64,000 nt of DNA from Hwanghaeella sp. GTDB taxonomy: Bacteria; Pseudomonadota; Alphaproteobacteria; UBA8366; Aestuariispiraceae. The translations under genes and the position numbers were made by a program. The stretch is from assembly GCF_965227365.1 (NCBI RefSeq), contig NZ_OZ245754.1, positions 2,462,777 to 2,526,776 of the forward strand, written 5' to 3'. This document shows, in pieces, positions 29,435-37,773 of the stretch. Below the pieces are notes generated by a model. The model was given only the letters and a program-made list of their open reading frames with translations. It made no database searches and was not told the DNA's origin. Position 1 is the first letter of the stretch, and every line of letters starts with the position of its first letter.

Positions 29435-29450
29435 TGGCATATCCATTGCT
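29435..29450 (+). promoter_or_regulatory. sigma-54 (-24/-12) promoter for the creatininase/ABC operon
   Basis: TGGCAT-atcca-TTGCT, a near-perfect match to TGGCAC-N5-TTGCW, 78 nt upstream of ATG 29528. Confidence 0.65.
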
Positions 29451-29527
29451 CTTCCCTCTTCATCCGCGTTTTGCCGAAACAGCCATATCGGCACCGGCAA
29501 TGGGCTCGAAACCGCGTAGGAGTTTAC

Positions 29528-30301
29528 ATGCCCCGTTGGGATCTGATGACCAGCACCGAGATCGGCGACGCCATCGCGTCGGGCATTGATCTGGCCATCC
29601 TGCCGGTTGGCGCGACGGAGCAGCACGGCCCTCATCTGGCGACCGGTTGCGACACGGTCTCGGCAGAGACCATCGCCGTTCTGGCGTCAGAGAAAAGCGG
29701 TGCCTTGGTCCTACCCGGCATCCCCTATGGATGCTCGCTCGGCCATACGGACAAATGGCCCGGAACGCTCTCGCTCCACCCCATGACATTGACTCAGGTC
29801 GTCCTGGAGTCGTGCCGCTGGCTGGCAAAAAACCGCATCCGCAAGGTGCTTCTGCTGTCAGGGCACGCGACAAACGACCCGCCGCTGAAAAGCGCAATCC
29901 TTCAACTCCGCTATGAGTTCCCCGATTGCCGTTATGCGACCATGGGGCTGTGGGAAATCTCCCGCCGGGCGCGGGACCTCTATCTGCGCGACGGCGACGA
30001 TATTCACGCCAATCGGGGCGAGACCTCGATCCTGATGCATCTGCGCCCGGAAATGGTGCGCCCGGACCACGCCGAAGATGTCGGCGACGTCACGCCGGGC
30101 AAGGTCTTTTCCTATGCCATGCCGGCTACGACCCCGAACGGTGTTGTCGGCAGACCGACAGAATCCAGCGCCGAAGACGGCGAGATGATGGTTCGGACCA
30201 TCGTCGAAGATTTGGAGAATTGGATCGAAACGGCACTGGCCGAGGGCTGGCCGGATGTCCCGCATGCCTGCGGTCCCGTGGCCGCCGAGCAACAGATTTG
30301 A
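29528..30301 (+). CDS. creatininase-family amidohydrolase
   Basis: ATG 29528 with AGGAG SD. Family motif LPVGATEQHGPHL...LLSGHATN...ANRGETS. Confidence 0.8.
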   Translation: MPRWDLMTSTEIGDAIASGIDLAILPVGATEQHGPHLATGCDTVSAETIAVLASEKSGALVLPGIPYGCSLGHTDKWPGTLSLHPMTLTQVVLESCRWLAKNRIRKVLLLSGHATNDPPLKSAILQLRYEFPDCRYATMGLWEISRRARDLYLRDGDDIHANRGETSILMHLRPEMVRPDHAEDVGDVTPGKVFSYAMPATTPNGVVGRPTESSAEDGEMMVRTIVEDLENWIETALAEGWPDVPHACGPVAAEQQI

Positions 30302-30428
30302 CGACAGGTTCGAACCAAGGCGCCGCAAGCAAAAAAGTGCGCCGGACGGACGGGGAAGTGAGACGGCCCACAAGCCGAGTTTCACGCGGGGCTCAACCCG
30401 CGATCTGTGGAGAAGGAGAGTATTTGCA

Positions 30429-31526
30429 ATGCTGACCAACAAGAAATCGCTGAAGAGGTTCTCGGTGGGGAAGATGGCGTCGGCCGTGGCCATCGCCGCC
30501 GCCCTGATGACCGGCGCCGTCGGTGCCGCCGAAGCGAAAACCTATAAATTCGCCTACAACATCTATGTCGGCTTCATGCCGTATGGCTGGATGGAGAAAA
30601 GCGGCATTCTCGACAAATGGGCCAAGAAATATGGTGTCGATATCGAGGTCATCCAGGTCAACGACTATGTCGGCGGCATCAACCAGTTCACCGCCGGAGA
30701 GATTGACGGCATGGCCGTCGCCTCGATGGACGGGTTGACCATCCCCGCCGCCAGCGGCGTCGACACCTCCATCGTTCTCGCCGGTGACTTCTCGAACGGG
30801 AATGACGGGATCCTTTCCAAGAACATTACCGACATCAAGTCGCTGAAGGGTGAAACCATTCACCTCTTTGAGCTGACCGTGTCGCACTATCTGCTGTCCC
30901 GGGCCCTGGAACTGAACGGCCTGTCCCTGCGCGACGTGAAGACCGTCAACATCACCGACGCGGATATCGCGCCGGCCTATATGGGGTCGGATGAAATCCA
31001 GCATGCCGTCACCTGGAACCCGATGCTGCTGCAAATGGAAACCAAGGTCGCCGGCACCAAGCGCATCTTCGACAGCGCATCCACGCCGGAGGAGATTGTC
31101 GACGTCATGCTGATGCATACGAAGACGGTCAAGGAGAACCCCGCCGTCGCCAAAGCCCTGGTCGGTGCCTGGTATGAAACCATGGCAATCATGAATGGCG
31201 GCGACGCCGCGGCCGAATCCATGATCGCGGACCTCGCCGACGCGTCCGGCGGTTCCGTCGATGAATACAAGGCCCAGCTCGCCAGCACCAAGATGTACTA
31301 CGATCCCGCCGAAGCCCTCGACCTGATGAATTCCAAACGTCATCAGAAGACCTGGGATTTCGTTCGCACCTTCTCCTACGATGTCGGTCTGTTCGGCGAA
31401 GCCGCCGCCTCGGCTGATTTCATCGGCATCGAATTCCCGGACGGCACTGTCCTGGGGGACAAGGGTAACATCCAGCTGCGCATCGACTCCTCCTTCACCG
31501 AAATGGCCGTGAAGGGCGAGCTCTGA
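30429..31526 (+). CDS. ABC transporter periplasmic binding protein (NitT/TauT-like, of the type found in urea-carboxylase regions)
   Basis: ATG 30429. Signal peptide ...GAVGAAEA. NMT1/SsuA-like fold pattern. Confidence 0.78.
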   Translation: MLTNKKSLKRFSVGKMASAVAIAAALMTGAVGAAEAKTYKFAYNIYVGFMPYGWMEKSGILDKWAKKYGVDIEVIQVNDYVGGINQFTAGEIDGMAVASMDGLTIPAASGVDTSIVLAGDFSNGNDGILSKNITDIKSLKGETIHLFELTVSHYLLSRALELNGLSLRDVKTVNITDADIAPAYMGSDEIQHAVTWNPMLLQMETKVAGTKRIFDSASTPEEIVDVMLMHTKTVKENPAVAKALVGAWYETMAIMNGGDAAAESMIADLADASGGSVDEYKAQLASTKMYYDPAEALDLMNSKRHQKTWDFVRTFSYDVGLFGEAAASADFIGIEFPDGTVLGDKGNIQLRIDSSFTEMAVKGEL

Positions 31527-31628
31527 TCGCCGGTCGTCAGGAACGCTGGCGCAGCCAGGGCCTCGGCTGCGTCGGCTTCCGCGATCGCCCCATTCTTTAC
31601 GTCAACGCGCAGGACAAAGGTCACGGAA

Positions 31629-32441
31629 ATGCGTCGCGCCATTAATTACGTCCCGGACCGGCATAGCGGTCTGCTTCTGGCGATCGTGCCGTTCGCTTTT
31701 CTCCTCGGCGTCTATTTCATCGGGTCCGACGCACGGTTGAGCGCCAATCCGGACGACAAGCTGATGCCGGGGCTGCAAGCCTTCGTCGATGCGATCAATT
31801 CCCTGGCCTTCACCGAGAACAGGCGCACGGGCGAATATGTTTTCTGGACGGATACGCTCATCAGCCTGCAGCGTATTTTTCTCGGCCTTTCGATTTCGAC
31901 CGTCATTGCGGTTGTCCTTGGCCTGCCGATCGGTCTGCTGCCGTATCTAAATCGGTTGTTCGGTCCGTTCATGGCGGCCTTCTCGCTGATCCCGCCGCTG
32001 GCCGTCCTTCCGATCCTTTTCATCATTTTCGGATTGGGCGAACTTTCGAAGATCGTCCTGATCATCTTCGGCGTCGCCCCTTTTCTGGTCCGCGACATGG
32101 CCATGGCGACCGTCGCCATCCCGAAAGAACAGATCGTCAAGGCGCAGACTTTGAGCGCATCGAGTTGGCAGATCCTGATCCACGTTGTTTTCCCGCAGAT
32201 CCTGCCGCGCTTGATCGACTCGCTGCGCCTGATGCTGGGCGCAACCTGGCTGTTCCTGATCGCCGCGGAGGCAATCGCTTCGGAAGGCGGTTTGGGATAC
32301 CGGATCTTCCTCGTCCGGCGTTATCTCGCCATGGATGTCATCCTGCCCTATGTCGCCTGGATAACCCTCCTGGCCTTCCTGATGGATTACCTGTTGATGC
32401 TAGGCTCGCGCGCCTTGTGCCGTTGGCACCACATTCGATGA
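31629..32441 (+). CDS. ABC transporter permease (NitT/TauT family)
   Basis: 270 aa with 6 TM helices and an EAA-like loop (AAEAIASEGGLGY). Confidence 0.85.
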   Translation: MRRAINYVPDRHSGLLLAIVPFAFLLGVYFIGSDARLSANPDDKLMPGLQAFVDAINSLAFTENRRTGEYVFWTDTLISLQRIFLGLSISTVIAVVLGLPIGLLPYLNRLFGPFMAAFSLIPPLAVLPILFIIFGLGELSKIVLIIFGVAPFLVRDMAMATVAIPKEQIVKAQTLSASSWQILIHVVFPQILPRLIDSLRLMLGATWLFLIAAEAIASEGGLGYRIFLVRRYLAMDVILPYVAWITLLAFLMDYLLMLGSRALCRWHHIR

Positions 32442-32463
32442 ACCGGCAAAGGAACGACGCGAT

Positions 32464-33342
32464 ATGACCGAGATCACGATCAATAACGTCTTCAAGGAAT
32501 ATAACGGCGTCCCGGTGCTGGAACGGGTTAACGTGACGCTGCCAGATCACGAGTTCTGCCTGATCCTGGGGTCCTCGGGCGCCGGCAAGAGCACGCTTCT
32601 GCGTATGCTGTTGTCCCAGGAAACACCGACGCGCGGCGAGATATTGATCGATGGCGAACCGATCGATGTGGAGCCCCAGGCTGACCGTGGAGTCGTGTTT
32701 CAGCGCTATTCCGTTTTCCCTCACAAGACCGTATTGGCCAATGTCATGGCCGGCCCCAGTTTTCGCCAATCGCGGTTTGCCGGATGCCTGTTCGGATCAA
32801 GAAAGGCGCAGCTTCGCGACCGAGCGATGGAATTGCTGCAACAGGTCGGATTGGCGGATGCGGCGGAGAAATATCCGGCCCAGCTATCCGGCGGCATGCA
32901 ACAGCGTCTTGCCATTGCACAGGCCCTGATCATGGAACCGAAAGTGCTGTTGCTGGACGAACCCTTCGGCGCGCTCGACCAAAGCACCAAGAAGTCGATG
33001 CATAAACTGATCCTGGATCTGTGGCGCGCCAACAAGATGACCATCGTGATGGTAACCCACGATATCCAGGAAGCCTTCACGCTGGGCACCCGCATCCTGA
33101 TGGTCGACAAGACCCGACAGGATCCGCAGGCACCCGAAGCCTATGGATCGACTATCGTCCACGACATCCGCCTGGACCCCACCCGCAAGGCGCCTCTCGA
33201 CCCGGACGAAAGTGAAGAAAAACAGAGCATGGAGGACATCTTCCTGAAATGGGCCGGAAAGATGGAACATGCGGTTATCAGCGATGAGACACCCGCCGGG
33301 TCGGAAAAACCCGATGCGATCAAAACCAGGGAAGTCGCCTAG
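32464..33342 (+). CDS. ABC transporter ATP-binding protein
   Basis: Walker A GSSGAGKST, signature LSGGMQQR, Walker B LLLDEP. Confidence 0.92.
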   Translation: MTEITINNVFKEYNGVPVLERVNVTLPDHEFCLILGSSGAGKSTLLRMLLSQETPTRGEILIDGEPIDVEPQADRGVVFQRYSVFPHKTVLANVMAGPSFRQSRFAGCLFGSRKAQLRDRAMELLQQVGLADAAEKYPAQLSGGMQQRLAIAQALIMEPKVLLLDEPFGALDQSTKKSMHKLILDLWRANKMTIVMVTHDIQEAFTLGTRILMVDKTRQDPQAPEAYGSTIVHDIRLDPTRKAPLDPDESEEKQSMEDIFLKWAGKMEHAVISDETPAGSEKPDAIKTREVA

Positions 33343-33345
33343 TCG

Positions 33346-34092
33346 ATGACAACTCAGTCCACTGAAAGCTTGCCGCTTTCCGGCAAGGTCTTCGCCGTGA
33401 CCGGCGGCGCCAGAGGCATCGGCGCAGCGGTCTGTTCCGTCCTGAACGCGCGTGGCGCAATCGCTGTCGCGTTCGATATCGATCCCGCCGCCGCGGCAGG
33501 TCGTGAAGCCATAGCCTGCGACGTCACCGACGAAACCTCGGTCAAAGCCGCCTTCGCCGCGCTTCACGAAACCCATGGCCGATTGGACGGGGTCGTCAGC
33601 AATGCGGGCATCATGGTTGAGAAACCTCTCGCGGAGACGACGATGGAGGATTTCGACCGCGTCATCGCGATCAATCTGCGCGGTGTGTTCCTGACGGCCA
33701 AATCCGCCCTGCCCTATTTCCGCAAAGGCATGCCAGATGCGGAGAAACCGCGCATCGTCAACGTCGCCTCCGAACTCGGCCATCTAGGTCGGCCTGAATA
33801 TGCCGCCTATTGCGCCAGCAAAGGCGGGGTCATCACCCTCACACGCGCCCTAGCCCGGGAACTGGCGCCCGACATCCTGGTCAACACGCTGGCCCCCGGC
33901 CCGACGGATACGGACATGCTGCGTGCGGAAAAGAACTACGACAGTTGGGTAAAGGACGGCGAAGGTATTCCGCTGGGACGGGTCGCAACGGCGGAGGAAG
34001 TCGCCTTGGCGGCCGCCTTCCTGTGCGGTCCCGATTCCCGTTTCATGACCGGCACAATCATCGATGTGAATGGCGGCGCGGCGATGTATTGA
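33346..34092 (+). CDS. SDR family oxidoreductase
   Basis: TGGARGIG, NAG, and the YCASK catalytic motif. 3-bp gap after the ABC ATPase gene. Confidence 0.88.
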   Translation: MTTQSTESLPLSGKVFAVTGGARGIGAAVCSVLNARGAIAVAFDIDPAAAAGREAIACDVTDETSVKAAFAALHETHGRLDGVVSNAGIMVEKPLAETTMEDFDRVIAINLRGVFLTAKSALPYFRKGMPDAEKPRIVNVASELGHLGRPEYAAYCASKGGVITLTRALARELAPDILVNTLAPGPTDTDMLRAEKNYDSWVKDGEGIPLGRVATAEEVALAAAFLCGPDSRFMTGTIIDVNGGAAMY

Positions 34093-34104
34093 TCGCCGCG
34101 TATC

Positions 34105-35160
34105 CTAACTCGCCTGCTTTTCCAGGTGGAAACGGCCGAACTGATTGGTCTCCAGCGATCCGTCAGGCAGATCGACATCCTTCAGATATTTGAAGGTCTG
34201 AATGGTCTGCGCCACCAGGTGGTCGCCGGCGGAAATCGGACCGTATCTGGTTTCCGTGCCCGCCTCGATCAATTCCGGTATCGGCGAGACCACGGTCTCG
34301 TAGTCTGTCGCGAAGAACAGCGGAAAGGAATAGCGTTCCTCGTTCACCCGATCGACACGGTGCGAATTGGCCACATAGAGACCGTTCGACCAGTTCTCCA
34401 GCATATCGCCGATATTGATGACGAAGGTGCCTTCCACCGGCGGCGCGTCGACCCATTCGCCGTCATTGCGCAGAACCTGCAGCCCCGGCGCGGTCGGCAG
34501 CAGGATGGTGAAAAGTTCGTAATCCGTGTGGGCGCCTATCCCCATCCGTTTCAGCCGCGCCTGTTCCTCCGCGCTCACCACCTTGTCGGTTTCCCAATAA
34601 TGGATCAGGCGCAACTGGCTGGTCGGCTTTGAAACATGCTTGACGAAAATGTCTTCGGGTAGTCCCAGTCCAAGGGCGAAACCGCGCAGCAAATCCTTGC
34701 CCAGATCCAAAGCCGCCGCGTAATAGCGGTCGACGGCCGCCTTGTGATCGGCCACTTCGTCCGGCCAGACATTCGGGCCGAGCATCCGATTTCCGGCGAG
34801 ATAATCGGGGTCGTCCGCCGGCAGGTCCAGCGCGGTGTCGAAGGCTTCCTTCAAATCGCCGCCGCCTTCGCCGTAGAATTCCTCACCCTGGGGAACATAA
34901 CCGCGATGGTTGGTCGACTTGCCGATATAATAGTCCATCTTGGTTTCGAGCGGCAGAGCGAACAGCGCCTTGGCTGCCTGCTTCAGCCCTTCCACCGTCT
35001 CTTCCGGGATTCCGTGGCCGGCGATATAGACAAAGCCGACATCGCGGGCGGCGCGGTCAAGATCCTTCACCGCCGCCATGCGCTTTTCCGGGTCAGACGA
35101 CCGAAGGCCGGAAACATCCACCAAGGGGATCTCGGAAAAGTTCGTCCGCGCTTTGGCCAT
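34105..35160 (-). CDS. 2-oxoglutarate/Fe(II)-dependent oxygenase, isopenicillin-N-synthase/EFE family (paralogue A)
   Basis: 351 aa. Facial triad GIGAHTDYE ... SHRV, and RYSFPLF (2OG-binding Arg-x-Ser). Confidence 0.85.
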   Translation of the reverse strand: MAKARTNFSEIPLVDVSGLRSSDPEKRMAAVKDLDRAARDVGFVYIAGHGIPEETVEGLKQAAKALFALPLETKMDYYIGKSTNHRGYVPQGEEFYGEGGGDLKEAFDTALDLPADDPDYLAGNRMLGPNVWPDEVADHKAAVDRYYAAALDLGKDLLRGFALGLGLPEDIFVKHVSKPTSQLRLIHYWETDKVVSAEEQARLKRMGIGAHTDYELFTILLPTAPGLQVLRNDGEWVDAPPVEGTFVINIGDMLENWSNGLYVANSHRVDRVNEERYSFPLFFATDYETVVSPIPELIEAGTETRYGPISAGDHLVAQTIQTFKYLKDVDLPDGSLETNQFGRFHLEKQAS

Positions 35161-35313
35161 AACCGCTTCCTATCGCAATACCGATATTGATACCTGGACA
35201 AATATTGTGCAGCGCAATAGATCGCTTGTCCAATGTTCACTGCTCCCACATTATAGGCCGAGCGGAAAAATTTTGCAGCGCACCACTGCCATTCCAATAG
35301 AAGGCAAACCCAC

Positions 35314-36081
35314 GTGATCTCACTTACCGGCAAAACCGCGTTGATCACCGGTGGCAGCCGCGGCATCGGTTACGGTATCGCGGAACGTTTTCTGGAGGCG
35401 GGCGCGCGCCTACATATCCTTGCCGAAACCGAGGCTGCCTTGGAAGCCGCTGACGCATTGGGCACGCAAGTGACCGGGCATGTCTGCGACATCACGGACG
35501 GGGACGCGGTCGCGACGCTGGTCGCCTCCCTCGGACCGATCGACATCCTGGTCAATAATGCCGGCCTGGAACGGATCACCGCGCTGACCGATATGTTCGA
35601 CCCGGCACCGGTCGTCGAAGAGACCTTCCGGCGGATCATGGATATCAACGTGACCGGCACGTTCCTGTTGACCCGCACTGTCCTGCCGCTGATCCCCGAT
35701 GGCGGAACGATCATCAACACCGCCTCAATCTGGGGGAAGTCGGGCCCTGCCTGGTATTCCGCCTATTCCGCCTCGAAACATGCCGTCATCGGATTGACCC
35801 GCGTCTGGGCCCGTGAACTCGGGCAGCGGCGGATCAGGGTCAATGCCGTTTGCCCTGGCTGGGTGGAAACGGAACCGGCGATGCTGTCACTGCAACGGCT
35901 TTCGGACGCAACTAGCCGGGACCCGGACGACCTGTTGAACGAGATCGTCTCGGCGCAGGACCTGCCGGGTTTGATGAAGCCCGCCGATGTCAGCGGATTA
36001 TACGTTTTCCTGGCCAGCGACCTCGCCGCCAGCATCACGGGACAGGCAATCAATGCGGATCGCGGCGAAGTTCACGGATAG
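35314..36081 (+). CDS. SDR family oxidoreductase
   Basis: GTG start. TGGSRGIG, NNAG, YSASK. Confidence 0.86.
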   Translation: MISLTGKTALITGGSRGIGYGIAERFLEAGARLHILAETEAALEAADALGTQVTGHVCDITDGDAVATLVASLGPIDILVNNAGLERITALTDMFDPAPVVEETFRRIMDINVTGTFLLTRTVLPLIPDGGTIINTASIWGKSGPAWYSAYSASKHAVIGLTRVWARELGQRRIRVNAVCPGWVETEPAMLSLQRLSDATSRDPDDLLNEIVSAQDLPGLMKPADVSGLYVFLASDLAASITGQAINADRGEVHG

Positions 36082-36100
36082 GCGCCCGGCGCCCCGCCGG

Positions 36101-36763
36101 TCAGTCCGGCTTCAACGCGTGGGCGACGTCTGCGCAGGTCGCGATCCAGCCGAACAGATGGCCTTCGCTTTGAATTATCGCCATGGTCGCGTCATGCAAG
36201 GCACGGTCGAACGTCGCGCAACCGTCGGCCAGTGTCAGGCAGCGATATCCTCTGTCCACGGCTTCCCGCAACGTCGACTGGACGCAGCATTGGGTCGTGA
36301 CGCCGCCGATGATCAAATGGGTGATCCCGCGCGCCCGCAGGCGCAAATCCAGATCGGTCGCGTAAAAGGAACCGAAGCCCGGCTTGTCGATGATCCATTC
36401 ACCGGGTTCCGGTTGCAATTCGTCGATGAAGTCATGTCCGTATTCCCCGCGGACGAGATAACGCCCCAACGCCCCCGGCGCACCGATTTCAGCGCCCGCG
36501 TCCCGGCTGCGTTGCCGCTTCGCCTCGTTGAGGTCCGACAGGTCGGGCACATGCCCTTCCCGTGTATGGGCGACGGTCAATCCGCTGGCGCGCGCCGCCT
36601 GCAGCAGGTCACGCAGGGCCGGCACAATCGCCTGAACCGGACCGCTCTCGCCGTTCGCCGCTTCGTTCTGGATGAAGTCCCTTTGCATATCGATCAGAAG
36701 AAGCGCCGTCTTATCGGGCGGGAAGGAATATGTCCGATCAGCAAAGGCGGGAACGGTGATCAT
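36101..36763 (-). CDS. isochorismatase-family cysteine hydrolase
   Basis: ATG 36763 with GGAG SD 8 nt upstream (TTG 36790 is an alternative). Motifs ALLLIDMQRDF, a Lys region, and GVTTQCCVQST (catalytic Cys). Confidence 0.8.
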   Translation of the reverse strand: MITVPAFADRTYSFPPDKTALLLIDMQRDFIQNEAANGESGPVQAIVPALRDLLQAARASGLTVAHTREGHVPDLSDLNEAKRQRSRDAGAEIGAPGALGRYLVRGEYGHDFIDELQPEPGEWIIDKPGFGSFYATDLDLRLRARGITHLIIGGVTTQCCVQSTLREAVDRGYRCLTLADGCATFDRALHDATMAIIQSEGHLFGWIATCADVAHALKPD

Positions 36764-37472
36764 GCCTGATACTCCAGCGTCGAAAATCAATTGGGAAACC
36801 GGACCGGCACCGATCCGCTACAGAGGATTGTGGCGCCGCCGCCTGCTGGTGGAAGAGGACGGCAGCCGCGATGCGGATACCATAGTCTGGTGGCTGCAGA
36901 GCCGACAACTCTTTGCCGACATCCGGCTGTCCCCCGATCGCAGCGCCGTTGCCGGCGCGACCTGTTTCGGCGATCTAGATCACGCCGGACTGCAGACGCT
37001 TGTTCTACAGGAAGGGTTTGCCGGTTTTCTGGAATGGACCGACACGGCCTGTGCCTGGCGTCGAAAGGTGGACTATCGCCCCCTACCCGGTCCGCCCGAT
37101 GAAGGCTGGATGGAGGCAAAAGGAAACGATCTGATGATCGAGCGCGGCATCCATCGCGGCTACCTGGAAGAATGGGTGCAAACCGCCGCCACCGATGCCG
37201 TCATGAACGACTGGATCTGGCATGATGGCTGGAACGGCCCGACACTTTTGCGGATCGGCAGCACCTTCATGTTCGCCGAGGATCGGCGCGGCAGCCCACC
37301 GCACGCAGAGAATTTCGAAACGAATGTCCTGGCCGCATTAGGGGACGAGGCTGCCCTCGCCGCGCTTCTCGATTGTGAAATCTCCTTCGGGAAGATCGGC
37401 GCGGACGGAACCTGGTCGATCACGATGTCCACCATTCCCTGGCGCGAGGGCGAAACGGTCACCGCCCTCTGA
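36762..37472 (+). CDS. hypothetical Trp-rich protein
   Basis: 236 aa with gene-like GC3 codon usage. No recognised family. Confidence 0.5.
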   Translation: MPDTPASKINWETGPAPIRYRGLWRRRLLVEEDGSRDADTIVWWLQSRQLFADIRLSPDRSAVAGATCFGDLDHAGLQTLVLQEGFAGFLEWTDTACAWRRKVDYRPLPGPPDEGWMEAKGNDLMIERGIHRGYLEEWVQTAATDAVMNDWIWHDGWNGPTLLRIGSTFMFAEDRRGSPPHAENFETNVLAALGDEAALAALLDCEISFGKIGADGTWSITMSTIPWREGETVTAL

Positions 37473-37537
37473 GCAATATTTTTTGCACTGCAACACTTCC
37501 CTTTTTCTGTCCCGCAGGTATACTTTCTATTCAAAGA

Positions 37538-37645
37538 TTGCGGCTAGGGTTCCGATCGTCATCACGGCGGTGTCTGGACCGAGAGCTGACGCCTGGTCCA
37601 TCAACAGACCGGGTCCACGGCGGGATAAAAGCCCGGGAGGTCATG
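37538..37645 (+). promoter_or_regulatory. guanidine-I riboswitch (ykkC-yxkD class) aptamer
   Basis: Conserved blocks are in the right order and spacing: CTAGGGTTCCG (37544-54), TGGACCGAGAG (37575-85), CACGGCGGGATAAAAGCCCGGGAGG (37616-40). Lies in the 300-nt leader of the DUF1989/carboxylase operon. Confidence 0.85.
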
Positions 37646-37773
37646 GTGGTGCTGCGGTGCGCCCAACCTCCGAGACGTTTGTCTCCCGGATATCAGGACC
37701 GCTCCGTTCAGCATCAGAGCTTCAATTGCCGTCCGCCCCTGGAAAGGGCAGGCCGGCGGTGACGAGGGAGGCG

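Noticed and set aside
30306-30318. tRNA T-loop-like GGTTCGAACC
   Set aside because: There are no acceptor, D or anticodon arms around it. The upstream 70 nt are the 3' end of the creatininase CDS.
37375-37773. 133-codon upstream extension of the first DUF1989 ORF
   Set aside because: This stretch contains the guanidine-I riboswitch. The ATG at 37774 has a GAGGGAG Shine-Dalgarno sequence, and family similarity begins there.
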